Part shown: positions 1 through 12,950 of the stretch, in pieces | Layout of the letters: the number at the start of each line of letters is the position of its first letter | How positions within the stretch are numbered: position 1 is the stretch's first letter | Assembly: GCA_036172245.1 (NCBI GenBank) | Contig: JAYWIR010000131.1 | Coordinates: 1 to 64,000 of the forward strand | Direction: 5' to 3' | DNA from: Raillietiella orientalis | Lineage: Eukaryota | Length of the DNA stretch: 64,000 nucleotides | Made by a program: the position numbers and the translations under genes | Notes under the pieces: generated by a model | Databases searched by the model: none | Seen by the model: only the letters and a program-made list of their open reading frames with translations | Told to the model about the DNA's origin: nothing

Positions 1-3000
1 CCAATGTGATGTTTTCCGTCCAAATCTCCGCACTTGCACGTAAACGACCATGGCCGCTTCCCGATGAATTCGGTCGGAATCCTGAGACATCAAAATGGTT
101 GGAATCAATCTACTTCCTCTTCCAGCATGGAAATAGAATCTTTAAAATGCATCAAAAAAATTCCTCTATCTTTTCTATTTCCAATGTGGTGTTTTCCGTC
201 CAAATCTCCGCACTTGCACCAAAACGACCATGGCCGTTTCCCGATGAATTCGGTCGCAATCCTGAGACATCAAAATGGTTGGAAGCAATCTACTTCCTCT
301 TCCAGCATAGAAATAGAATCTTTAAAGTGCATCAAAAAAATTCCTTTATCTTTTCTATTTCCAGTGTGGTGTTTTCCGTCGAAATCTCCGCATTTGCACC
401 AAAACGACCATGGCCGCTTCCCGATGAATTCGGTCGGAATCCTGAGACATCAAAATGGTTGGAATCAATCTACTTCCTCATCCAGCATAGAAATAGAATC
501 TTCAAAATGCATCAAAAAAATTCCTCTATCTTTTCTATTTCCAATGTGGTGTTTTCCGTCCAAATCTCCGCACTTGCACCTAAACGACCATGGTCGGTTC
601 CCGATGAATTCGGTCGTAATCCTTAGACATCAAAATGGTTGGAAGCAATCTACTTCCACTTCCTACATCCAAATAGAATCTTCTAAGGGGATCAAAAAAA
701 TTCCTCTATCTTTTCTATTTCCAATGTGGTGTTTTCCGTACAAATCTCCGCACTTGCACCAAAACGACCATGGCCGTTTCCCCATGAATTCGGTCGCAAT
801 CCTGAGACATCAAAATGGTTGGAAGCAATCTACTTCGTCTTCCAGCATAGAAGTTGAATCTTCGAAATGCATCACAGAAATTCCTCTATGGTTTCTATTT
901 CCAATGTGTTGTTTTCCGTCCAAATCTTCGCACTTGCACCAAAACGACCATGGCCGTTTCCCGATGAATTCGGTCGCAATCCTTAGACATCAAAAGGGTT
1001 GTAATCAATCTACTTCCACTTCCAGCATAGAAATAGAATCTACAAAGTGAACCAAAAAAATTCCTCTATCTTTTCTATTTCCAATGTGGTGTTTTCCGTC
1101 CAAATCTCAACACTAGCACCTAAACGACCATGGCCGGTTCCCGATGAATTCGGTCGCAATCCTGAGACATCAAAATGGTTGGAAGCAATCTACTTCCACT
1201 TCCTGCAACCAAATACAATCTTCAAAGGGAATCAAAAAAATTCCTCTATCTTTTCTATTTCCAATGTGGTGTTTTCCGTACAAATCTCCGCACTTGCACC
1301 AAAACGACCATGGCCGTTTCCCCATGAATTCGGTCGCAATCCTGAGACATCAAAATGGTTGGAAGCAATCTACTTCGTCTTCCAGCATAGAAATAGAATC
1401 TTCAAAATGCATCACGGAAATTCCTCTATGTTTTCTATTTCCAATGTGGTGTTTTCCGTCCAAATCTTCGCACTTGCACCAAAACGACCATGGCCGGTTC
1501 CCGATGAATTCGGTCGCAATCCTGAGACATGAAAATGGTTGGAATCAATGTACTTCCACTTCCAGCATAGAGACAGAATCCTCAAAGTGCATCAAACAAA
1601 TTCCTTTATCTTTTTTATTTCCAATGTGGTGTTTTCCGTCCAAATCTCCAAACTTGCATGTAAACGACCATGGCCGCTTCCCGATGAATTCGGTCTCAAT
1701 CCTGAGACATCAAAATGGTTGGAATCAATCTACTTCCTCTTCCAGCATAGAAATAGAATCTTCAAAATGCAGCAAGAAAATTCCTCTATCTTTTGTATTT
1801 CCAATGTGGTGTTTTCCGTCCAAATCTCCGCACTTGCACGAAAGCGACCATGGCCGGTTCCCGATTAATTCGGTCGCAATCCTGAGACATCAAAATGGTT
1901 GGAATCAATCTACTTCGTCTTCCAGCATAGAAATTTAATCTTCAAAATGCATCACAGAAATTCCTCTATGTTTTCTATTTCCAGTGTGGTGTTTTCCGTC
2001 CAAATCTCCGCACTTGCACGAAAACGACCATGGCCGGTTCCCGATTAATTCGGTCGCAATCCTGAGACATGAAAATGGTTGGAAGCAATCTACTTCTACT
2101 TCGTACATCCAAATAAAATCTCCAAACTGGATCAAAAAAATTCCTCTATCTTTTCTATTTCCAATGTGGTGTTTTCCGTCCAAATCTCCGCACTAGCACC
2201 AAAACGACCATGGCCGTTTCCCGATGAATTCGGTCGCAATCCTGAGACATCAAAATGGTTGGAAGCAATCTACTTTCACTTCCTGCATCCAAATAGAATC
2301 TTCAAAGTGTTTCCGAAAAATTCCTCTATCTTCTCTATTTCCAATGTGGTGTTTTCCGTCCAAATCTCCACACTAGCACCAAAACGACCATGGTCGGTTC
2401 CCGATGAAATCGGTCGCAATGCTGAGACATCAAAATGGTTGGAATCAATCTACTTCGTCTTCCAGCATAGAAATTGAATCTTCAAAATGCATCACAGAAA
2501 TTCCTCTATCTTTTCTATTTCCAATGTGGTGTTTTCCGTCCAAATCTCCGCACTTGCACGTAAACGACCATGGCCGCTTCCCGATGAATTCGGTCGGAAT
2601 CCTGAGACATCAAAATGGTTGGAATCAATCTACTTCCTCTTCCAGCATAGAAATTGAATCTTCAAAATGCATCACAGAAATTCCTCTATCTTTTCTATTT
2701 CCAATGTGGTGTTTTCCGTCCAAATCTCCGCACTTGCACCAAAACGACCATGGCCGGTTCCCGATGAATTCGGTCGCAATCCTGAGACATGAAAATGGTT
2801 GGAATCAATCTACTTCCACTTCCAGCATAGAAATAGAATCTTCAAAGTGCATCCAAAAAATTCCTCTATCTTTTCTATTTCCAATGTGGTGTTTTCCGTC
2901 CAAATCTCCGCACTTGCACCAAAACGACCATGGCCGCTTCCCGATGAATTCGGTCGCAATCCTGAGACATCAAAATGGTTGGAAGCAATCTACTTCCACT

Positions 3001-3420
3001 TCCAGCATAGAAATAGAATCTTCAAAATGCATCAAAAAAATTCCTCTATCTTTTCTATTTCCAATGTGGTGTTTTCCGTCCAAATCTCCGCACTTGCACC
3101 AAAACGACCATGGCCGGTTCCCGATGAATTCGGTCGCAATCCTGAGACATCAAAATGGTTGGAAGCAATCTACTTCCACTTCCAGCATAGAAATAGAATC
3201 TTCAAAATGCATCAAAGAAATTCCTCTATCTTTTCTATTTCCAATGTTGTGTTTTCCGTCCAAATCTCCGCACTTGCACCAAAACGACCATGGCCGGTTC
3301 CCGATGAATTCGGTCGCAATCCTGAGACATCAAAATGGTTGGAAGCAATCTACTTCCTCTTCCAGCATAGAAATAGAATCTTCAAAATGCATCACAAAAA
3401 TTCCTCTATGTTTTCTATTT

Positions 3421-6400
3421 CCAATGTGGTGTTTTCCTTCCAAATCTCCGCACTTGCACCAAAACGACCATGGCCGGTTCCGGATGAATTCGGTCGCATG
3501 CCTGAGACATGAAAATGGTTGGAAGCTGTCTACTTCCACTTCCAGCATAGAAATAGAATATTCAAAATGCATCAAAGAAATTCCTCTATCTTTTCTATTT
3601 CCAATGTGATGTTTTCCGTCCAAATCTCCGCACTTGCACCAAAACGACCATGGCCGGTTCCCGAAGAATTCGGTCGAAATCCTGAGACCTCAGAATGGTT
3701 GGAAGCTGTCTACTTCCACTTCCAGCATAGAAATAGAATCTTTAAAATGGATCAAATGAATTCCTCTATCTTTTCTATTTCCAATGTGGTGTTTTCCGTC
3801 CAAATCTCCGCACTTGCACCAAAACGACCATGGCCGGTTCCCGAAGAATTCGGTCGAAATCCTGAGACCTCAAAATGGTTGGAAGCTGTCTACTTCCACT
3901 TCCAGCATAGAAATAGAATCTTCAAAATGCATCAAAGAAATTCCTCTATCTTTTCTATTTCCAATGTGGTGTTTTCCGTCCAAATCTCCGCACTTGCACC
4001 AAAACGACCATGGCCGGTTCCCGATGAATTCGGACGCAATCCTGAGACATCAAAATGGTTTGAAGCAATCCACTTCGACTTCCAGCACAGAAATAGAATC
4101 TTCAAAATGCATCACAAAAATTCCTCTATGTTTTCTATTTCCATTGTGGTGTTTTCCGTCCAAATCTTCGCACTTGAACCAAAACGACCATGGCCGGTTC
4201 CCGATGAATTCGGTCGCAATCCTGAGACATCAAAATGGTTGGAAGCTGTCTACTTCCACTTCCAGCATAGAAATAGAATCTTCAAAATGCATCAAAGAAA
4301 TTCCTCTATCTTTTCTATTTCCAATGTGGTGTTTTCCGTCCAAATCTCCGCACTTGCACCAAAACGACCATGGCCGGTTCCCGAAGAATTCGGTCGAAAT
4401 CCTGAGACCTCAAAATGGTTGGAAGCTGTCTACTTCCACTTTCAGCATAGAAATAGAATCTTCAAAATGCATCAAAGAAATTCCTCTATCTTTTCTATTT
4501 CCAATGTGGTATTTTCCGTCCAAATCTCCGCACTTGCACGAAAGCGACCATGGCCGGTTCCCGATTAATTCGGTCGCAATCCTGAGACATCAAAATGGTT
4601 GGAATCAATCTACTTCGTCTTCCAGCATAGAAATTTAATCTTCAAAATGCATCACAGAAATTCCTCTATGTTTTCTATTTCCAGTGTGGTGTTTTCCGTC
4701 CAAATCTCCGCACTTGCACGAAAACGACCATGGCCGGTTCCCGATTAATTCGGTCGCAATCCTGAGACATGAAAATGGTTGGAAGCAATCTACTTCTACT
4801 TCGTACATCCAAATAAAATCTCCAAAGTGGATCAAAAAAATTCCTCTATCTTTTCTATTTCCAATGTGGTGTTTTCCGTCCAAATCTCCGCACTAGCACC
4901 AAAACGACCATGGCCGCTTCCCGATGAATTCGGTCGCAATCCTGAGACGTGAAAATGGTTGGAATCAATCTACTTCCACTTCCAGCATAGAAATCGAATC
5001 TACAAAGTGTATCCGAAAAATTCCTCTATCTTCTCTATTTCCAATGTGGTGTTTTCGGTACAAATCTCCACACTAGCACCAAAACGACCATGGTCGGTTC
5101 CCGATGAAATCGGTCGCAATGCTGAGACATCAAAATGGTTCGAATCAATCTACTTCGTCTTCCAGCATAGAAATTGAATCTTCAAAATGCATCACAGAAA
5201 TTCCTCTATCTTTTCTATTTCCAATGTGGTGTTTTCCGTCCAAATCTCCGCACTTGCACGTAAACGACCATGGCCGCTTCCCGATGAATTCGGTCGCAAT
5301 CCTGAGACATCAAAATGGTTGGAATCAATCTACTTCCACTTCCAGCATAGAAATAGAATCTTCAAAGTGCATCCAAAAAATTCCTCTATCTTTTCTATTT
5401 CCAATGTGGTGTTTTCCGTCCAAATCTCCGCACTTGTACCAAAACGACCATGGCCGTTTCCCGATGAATTCGGTCGCAATCCTGAGACATCAAAATGGTT
5501 GGAAGCAATCAACTTCGACTTCCAGCACAGAAATAGAATCTTTAAAATGCATCACAAAAATTCCTCTATGTTTTCTATTTCCAATGTGGTGTTTTCCGTC
5601 CAAATCTCCGCACTTGCACGAAAGCGACCATGGCCGGTTCCCGATTAATTCGGTCGCAATCCTGAGACATCAAAATGGTTGGAATCAATCTACTTCGTCT
5701 TCCAGCATAGAAATTTAATCTTCAAAATGCATCACAGAAATTCCTCTATGTTTTCTATTTCCAGTGTGGTGTTTTCCGTCCAAATCTCCGCACTTGCACG
5801 AAAACGACCATGGCCGGTTCCCGATTAATTCGGTCGCAATCCTGAGACATGAAAATGGTTGGAAGCAATCTACTTCTACTTCGTACATCCAAATAGAATC
5901 TTCAAAGTGGATCAAAAAAATTCCTCTATCTTTTCTATTTCCAATGTGGTGTTTTCCGTCCAAATCTCCGCACTAGCACCAAAACGACCATGGCCGCTTC
6001 CCGATGAATTCGGTCGCAATCCTGAGACGTGAAAATGGTTGGAATCAATCTACTTCCACTTCCAGCATAGAAATCGAATCTACAAAGTGTATCCGAAAAA
6101 TTCCTCTATCTTCTCTATTTCCAATGTGGTGTTTTCGGTACAAATCTCCACACTAGCACCAAAACGACCATGGTCGGTTCCCGATGAAATCGGTCGCAAT
6201 GCTGAGACATCAAAATGGTTCGAATCAATCTACTTCGTCTTCCAGCATAGAAATTGAATCTTCAAAATGCATCACAGAAATTCCTCTATCTTTTCTATTT
6301 CCAATGTGGTGTTTTCCGTCCAAATCTCCGCACTTGCACGTAAACGACCATGGCCGCTTCCCGATGAATTCGGTCGCAATCCTGAGACATCAAAATGGTT

Positions 6401-9400
6401 GGAATCAATCTACTTCCTCTTCCAGCATAGAAATTGAATCTTCAAAATGCATCACAGAAATTCCTCTATCTTTTCTATTTCCAATGTGGTGTTTTCCGTC
6501 CAAATCTTCGCACTTGCACCAACACGACCATGGCCGGTTCCCGATGAATTCGGTCGCAATCGTGAGACATGAAAATGGTTGGAATCAATCTACTTCCACT
6601 TCCAGCATAGAAATAGAATCTTCAAAGTGCATCCAAAAAATTCCTCTATCTTTTCTATTTCCAATGTGGTGTTTTCCGTCCAAATCTCCGCACTTGCACC
6701 AAAACGACCATGGCCGTTTCCCGATGAATTCGGTCGCAATCCTGAGACATCAAAATGGTTGGAAGCAATCAACTTCGACTTCCAGCACAGAAATAGAATC
6801 TTCAAAATGCATCACAAAAATTCCTCTATGTTTTCTATTTCCATTGTGGTGTTTTCCGTCCAAATCTTCGCACTTGAACCAAAACGACCATGGCCGGTTC
6901 CCGATGAATTCGGAAGCAATCCTGAGACATCAAAATGGTTGGAAGTAATCTACTTCCACTTCCAGCATAGAAATAGAATCTTCAAAATGCATCAAAGAAA
7001 TTCCTCTATCTTTTCTATTTCCAATGTGGTGTTTTGCGTCCAAATCTCCGCACTTGCACCAAATCGACCATGGCCGGTTCCCGATGAATTCGGAAGCAAT
7101 CCTGAGACATCAAAATGGTTGGAAGTAATCTACTTCCACTTCCAGCATAGAAATAGATTCTTCAAAATGCATCAAAGAAATTCCTCTATCTTTTCTATTT
7201 CCAATGTGGTATTTTCCGTCCAAATCTCCGCACTTGCACCAAAACGACCATGGCCGGTTCCCGATGAATTCGGAAGCAATCCTGAGACATCAAAATGGTT
7301 TGAAGCAATCTACTTCGTCTTCCAGCATAGAAATAGAATCTTTAAAATGCATCACAAAAATTCCTCTATGTTTTCTATTTCCAATGTGGTGTTTTCCGTC
7401 CAAAACTTCGCACTTGCACCAAAACGAACATGGCCGGTTCCCGATGAATTTGGTCGCAATCCTGAGACATCAAAATGGTTGGAATCAATCTACTTCCACT
7501 TCCAGCATAGAAATAGAATCTTCAAAATGCATCAAATGAATTCCTCTATCTTTTCTATTTCCAATGTGGTGTTTTCCGTCCAAATCTCCGCACTTGCACC
7601 AAAACGACCATGGCCGGTTCCCGAAGAATTCGGTCGAAATCCTGAGACCTCAAAATGGTTGGAAGCTGTCTACTTCCACTTTCAGCATAGAAATAGAATC
7701 TTCAAAATGCATCAAAGAAATTCCTCTATCTTTTCTATTTCCAATGTTGTGTTTTCCGTCCAAATCTCCGCACTTGCACCAAATCGGCCATGGCCGGTTC
7801 CCGATGAATTCGGTAGCAATCCTGAGACATCAAAATGGTTGGAAGCAATCTACTTCGTCTTCCAGCATAGAAATAGAATCTTAAAAATGCATCACAAAAA
7901 TTCCTCTATGTTTTCTATTTCCAATGTGGTGTTTTCCTTCTAAATCTCCGCACTTGCACCAAAACGACCATGGCCGGTTCCGGATGAATTCGGTCGCATG
8001 CCTGAGACATGAAAATGGTTGGAAGCTGTCTACTTCCACTTCCAGCATAGAAATAGAATATTCAAAATGCATCAAAGAAATTCCTCTATCTTTTCTATTT
8101 CCAATGTGGTGTTTTCCGTCCAAATCTCCGCACTTGCACCAAAACGACCATGGCCGGTTCCCGAAGAATTCGGTCGAAATCCTGAGACCTCAAAATGGTT
8201 GGAAGCTGTCTACTTCCACTTTCAGCATAGAAATAGAATCTTCAAAATGCATCAAAGAAATTCCTCTATCTTTTCTATTTCCAATGTGGTGTTTTCCGTC
8301 CAAATCTCCGCACTTGCACCAAAACGACCATGGCCGGTTCCCGATGAATTCGGAAGCAATCCTGAGACATCAAAATGGTTTGAAGCAATCTACTTCGTCT
8401 TCCAGCATAGAAATATAATCTTCAAAATGCATCACAAAAATTCCTCTATGTTTTCTATTTCCAATGTGGTGTGTTCCGTCCAAATCTCCGCACTTGCACC
8501 AAAACGACCATGGTCGCTTCCCGATGAATTCGGTCGCAATCGTTAGACCTCAAAATGGCTGCAAGCAATCTACTTCCACTCCCAGCATAGAAATAGAATC
8601 TTTAAAGTGCATCCAAAAAATTCCTCTATCTTTTCTATTTCCAATGTGGTGTTTTCCGTCCAAATCTTCGCACTTGTACCTAAACGACCATGGCCGGTTC
8701 CCGATTATTTCGGTCGCAATCCTTAGACATCAAAATGGTTGGAATCAATCCACTTCGACTTCCAGCACAGAAATAGAAACTTCAAAATGCATCACAAAAA
8801 TTCCTCTATGTTTTCTATTTCCATTGTGGTGTTTTCCGTCCAAATCTTCGCACTTGAACCAAAACGACCATGGCCGGTTCCCGATGAATTCGGAAGCAAT
8901 CCTGAGACATCAAAATGGTTGGAAGTAATCTACTTCCACTTCCAGCATAGAAATAGAATCTTCAAAATGCATCAAAGAAATTCCTCTATCTTTTCTATTT
9001 CCAATGTGGTATTTTCCGTCCAAATCTCCGCACTTGCACCAAAACGACCATGGCCGGTTCCCGAATAATTCGGTCGAAATCCTGAGACCTCAAAATGGTT
9101 GGAAGCTGTCTACTTCCACTTTCAGCATAGAAATAGAATCTTCAAAATGCATCAAAGAAATTCCTCTATCTTTTCTATTTCCAATGTGGTATTTTCCGTC
9201 CAAATCTCCGCACTTGCACCAAAACGACCATGGCCGGTTCCCCAAGAATTCGGTCGAAATCTTGAGACCTCAAAATGGTTGGAAGCTGTCTACTTCCACT
9301 TCCAGCATAGAAATAGAATCTTCAAAATGCATCCAAGAAATTCCTCTATCTTTTCTATTTCCAATGTGGTGTTTTCCGTCCAAATCTCCGCACTTGCACC

Positions 9401-12400
9401 AAAACGACCATGGCCGGTTCCCGATGAATTCGGAATCAATCCTGAGACATCAAAATGGTTGGAAGCAATCTACTTCGTCTTCCAGCATAGAAATAGAATC
9501 TTCAAAATGCATCACAAAAATTCCTCTATGTTTTCTATTTCCAATGTGGTGTTTTCCTTCCAAATCTCCGCACTTGCACCAAAACGACCATGGCCGGTTC
9601 CGGATGAATTCGGTAGCATGCCTGAGACATGAAAATGGTTGGAAGCTGTCTACTTCCACTTCCAGCATAGAAATAGAAGATTCGAAATGCATCAAAGAAA
9701 TTCCTCTATCTTTTCTATTTCCAATGTGATGTTTTCCGTCCAAATCTCCGCACTTGCACCAAAACGACCATGGCCGGTTCCCGAAGAATTCGGTCGAAAT
9801 CCTGAGACCTCAAAATGGTTGGAAGCTGTCTACTTCCACTTCCAGCATAGAAATAGAATCTTCAAAATGCATCAAAGAAATTCCTCTATCTTTTCTATTT
9901 CCAATGTGGTGTTTTCCGTCCAAATCTCCGCACTTGCACCAAATCGACCATGGCCGGTTCCCGATGAATTCGGAAGCAATCCTGAGACATCAAAATGGTT
10001 GGAATCAATCTACTTCCACTTCCAGAATAGAAATAGAATCTTTAAAATGCATCAAAGAAATTCGTCTATCTTTTCTATTTCCAATGTGGTATTTTCCGTC
10101 CAAATCTCCGCACTTGCACCAAAACGACCATGGCCGGTTCCCGAAGAATTCGGTCGAAATCCTGAGACCTCAAAATGGTTGGAAGCTGTCTACTTCCACT
10201 TCCAGCATAGAAATAGAATCTTCAAAATGCATCAAAGAAATTCCTCTATCTTTTCTATTTCCAATGTGGTATTTTCCGTCCAAATCTCCGCACTTGCACC
10301 AAAACGACCATGGCCGGTTCCCGAAGAATTCGGTCGAAATCCTGAGACCTCAAAATGGTTGGAAGCTGTCTACTTCCACTTCCAGCATAGAAATAGAATC
10401 TTCAAAATGCATCAAAGAAATTCCTCTATCTTTTCTATTTCCAATGTGGTGTTTTCCGTCCAAATCTCCGCACTTGCACCAAAACGACCATGGCCGGTTC
10501 CCGATGAATTCGGAAGCAATCCTGAGACATCAAAATGGTTTGAAGCAATCTACTTCGTCTTCCAGCATAGAAATATAATCTTCAAAATGCATCACAAAAA
10601 TTCCTCTATGTTTTCTATTTCCAATGTGGTGTGTTCCGTCCAAATCTCCGCACTTGCACCAAAACGACCATGGTCGCTTCCCGATGAATTCGGTCGCAAT
10701 CGTTAGACCTCAAAATGGCTGCAAGCAATCTACTTCCACTCCCAGCATAGAAATAGAATCTTTAAAGTGCATCCAAAAAATTCCTCTATCTTTTCTATTT
10801 CCAATGTGGTGTTTTCCGTCCAAATCTCCGCACTTGTACCTAAACGACCATGGCCGGTTCCCGATTATTTCGGTCGCAATCCTTAGACATCAAAATGGTT
10901 GGAATCAATCCACTTCGACTTCCAGCACAGAAATAGAATCTTCAAAATGCATCACAAAAATTCCTCTATGTTTTCTATTTCCATTGTGGTGTTTTCCGTC
11001 CAAATCTTCGCACTTGAACCAAAACGACCATGGCCGGTTCCCGATGAATTCGGAAGCAATCCTGAGACATCAAAATGGTTGGAAGTAATCTACTTCCACT
11101 TCCAGCATAGAAATAGAATCTTCAAAATGCATCAAAGAAATTCCTCTATCTTTTCTATTTCCAATGTGGTATTTTCCGTCCAAATCTCCGCACTTGCACC
11201 AAAACGACCATGGCCGGTTCCCGAAGAATTCGGTCGAAATCCTGAGACCTCAAAATGGTTGGAAGCTGTCTACTTCCACTTTCAGCATAGAAATAGAATC
11301 TTCAAAATGCATCAAAGAAATTCCTCTATCTTTTCTATTTCCAATGTGGTATTTTCCGTCCAAATCTCCGCACTTGCACCAAAACGACCATGGCCGGTTC
11401 CCCAAGAATTCGGTCGAAATCTTGAGACCTCAAAATGGTTGGAAGCTGTCTACTTCCACTTCCAGCATAGAAATAGAATCTTCAAAATGCATCCAAGAAA
11501 TTCCTCTATCTTTTCTATTTCCAATGTGGTGTTTTCCGTCCAAATCTCCGCACTTGCACCAAAACGACCATGGCCGGTTCCCGATGAATTCGGAATCAAT
11601 CCTGAGACATCAAAATGGTTGGAAGCAATCTACTTCGTCTTCCAGCATAGAAATAGAATCTTCAAATTGCATCACAAAAATTCCTCTATGTTTTCTATTT
11701 CCAATGTGGTGTTTTCCTTCCAAATCTCCGCACTTGCACCAAAACGACCATGGCCGGTTCCGGATGAATTCGGTAGCATGCCTGAGACATGAAAATGGTT
11801 GGAAGCTGTCTACTTCCACTTCCAGCATAGAAATAGAAGATTCGAAATGCATCAAAGAAATTCCTCTATCTTTTCTATTTCCAATGTGATGTTTTCCGTC
11901 CAAATCTCCGCACTTGCACCAAAACGACCATGGCCGGTTCCCGAAGAATTCGGTCGAAATCCTGAGACCTCAAAATGGTTGGAAGCTGTCTACTTCCACT
12001 TCCAGCATAGAAATAGAATCTTCAAAATGCATCAAAGAAATTCCTCTATCTTTTCTATTTCCAATGTGGTGTTTTCCGTCCAAATCTCCGCACTTGCACC
12101 AAATCGACCATGGCCGGTTCCTGATGAATTCGGAAGCAATCCTGAGACATCAAAATGGTTGGAATCAATCTACTTCCACTTCCAGAATAGAAATAGAATC
12201 TTTAAAATGCATCAAAGAAATTCGTCTATCTTTTCTATTTCCAATGTGGTATTTTCCGTCTAAATCTCCGCACTTGCACCAAAACGACCATGGCCGGTTC
12301 CCGAAGAATTCAATCGAAATCCTGAGACCTCAAAATGGTTGGAAGCTGTCTACTTACACTTCCAGCATAGAAATAGAATCTTCAAAATGCATCAAAGAAA

Positions 12401-12592
12401 TTCCTCTATCTTTTCTATTTCCAATGTGCGTCCAAATCTCCGCACTTGCACCAAAACGACCATGGCCGGTTCCCGATGAATTCGGAAGCAATCCTGAGAC
12501 ATCAAAATGGTTTGAAGCAATCTACTTCGTCTTCCAGCATAGAAATATAATCTTCAAAATGCATCACAAAAATTCCTCTATGTTTTCTATTT
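3421..12592 (+). repeat. Locally restricted A2 variant cluster (interrupted at about 4500-6840 by other A monomers)
   Basis: The linked variants GGAAGCTGTC, CCGAAGAATTCGGTCGAAATCCTGAGACCT and CGGAAGCAAT are common here. I did not see GGAAGCTGTC or CGGAAGCAAT downstream of about 12.6 kb. Confidence 0.75.
4531..6415 (+). repeat. Local duplication with 1080-bp (6-monomer) offset; a related block lies at about 1831-2620 (2700 bp upstream)
   Basis: Diagnostic GAAAGCGACCA occurs at 1840, 4540 and 5620. AAATTTAATC, TCGTACATCC and GCTGAGACAT follow in the same order. ORF pairs 4635/5715, 4959/6039 and 5104/6184 are offset by 1080. Confidence 0.85.
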
Positions 12593-12950
12593 CCAATGTG
12601 GTGTGTTCCGTCCAAATCTCCGCACTTGCACCAAAACGACCATGGTCGCTTCCCGATGAATTCGGTCGCAATCGTTAGACCTCAAAATGGCTGCAAGCAA
12701 TCTACTTCCACTCCCAGCATAGAAATAGAATCTTTAAAGTGCATCCAAAAAATTCCTCTATCTTTTCTATTTCCAATGTGGTGTTTTCCGTCCAAATCTC
12801 CGCACTTGTACCTAAACGACCATGGCCGGTTCCCGATTATTTCGGTCGCAATCCTTAGACATCAAAATGGTTGGAATCAATCCACTTCGACTTCCAGCAC
12901 AGAAATAGAATCTTCAAAATGCATCACAAAAATTCCTCTATGTTTTCTAT
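8281..12950 (+). repeat. 12-monomer higher-order repeat (2160 bp): two copies plus a partial third; the second period is 1972 bp
   Basis: The rare variant CGTTAGACCTCAAAATGGCTGCAAG occurs at 8541, 10701 and 12673. ORF pairs 8464/10624, 8739/10899, 9004/11164, 9450/11610 and 9639/11799 are all offset by 2160, while 10624/12596 is offset by 1972. Confidence 0.93.

Noticed and set aside
60..74. CENP-B box-like motif on the minus strand (CCCGATGAATTCGGT vs CCCGnnTnnnnCGAA)
   Set aside because: Only 6 of the 9 essential bases match in the consensus and 7 of 9 in some variants (CCCGATTAATTCGG, CCCGATGAATTCGGA). I saw no full match.
78..170. Monomer built from six 30-bp or three 60-bp ancestral subunits
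   Set aside because: ATC recurs at about 30-bp steps (81, 110, 140, 170), but the segments otherwise align poorly. Only micro-duplications are evident: (AATC)2 at 103-110, (ACTTCC)2 at 112-123 and (ATAGAA)2 at 127-138.
1..180. Identity with Arabidopsis CEN180, alpha satellite, 5S rDNA or tRNA-derived repeats
   Set aside because: Only the length is similar. I recognise no matching sequence, 5S coding region or tRNA cloverleaf. A database search is still needed.
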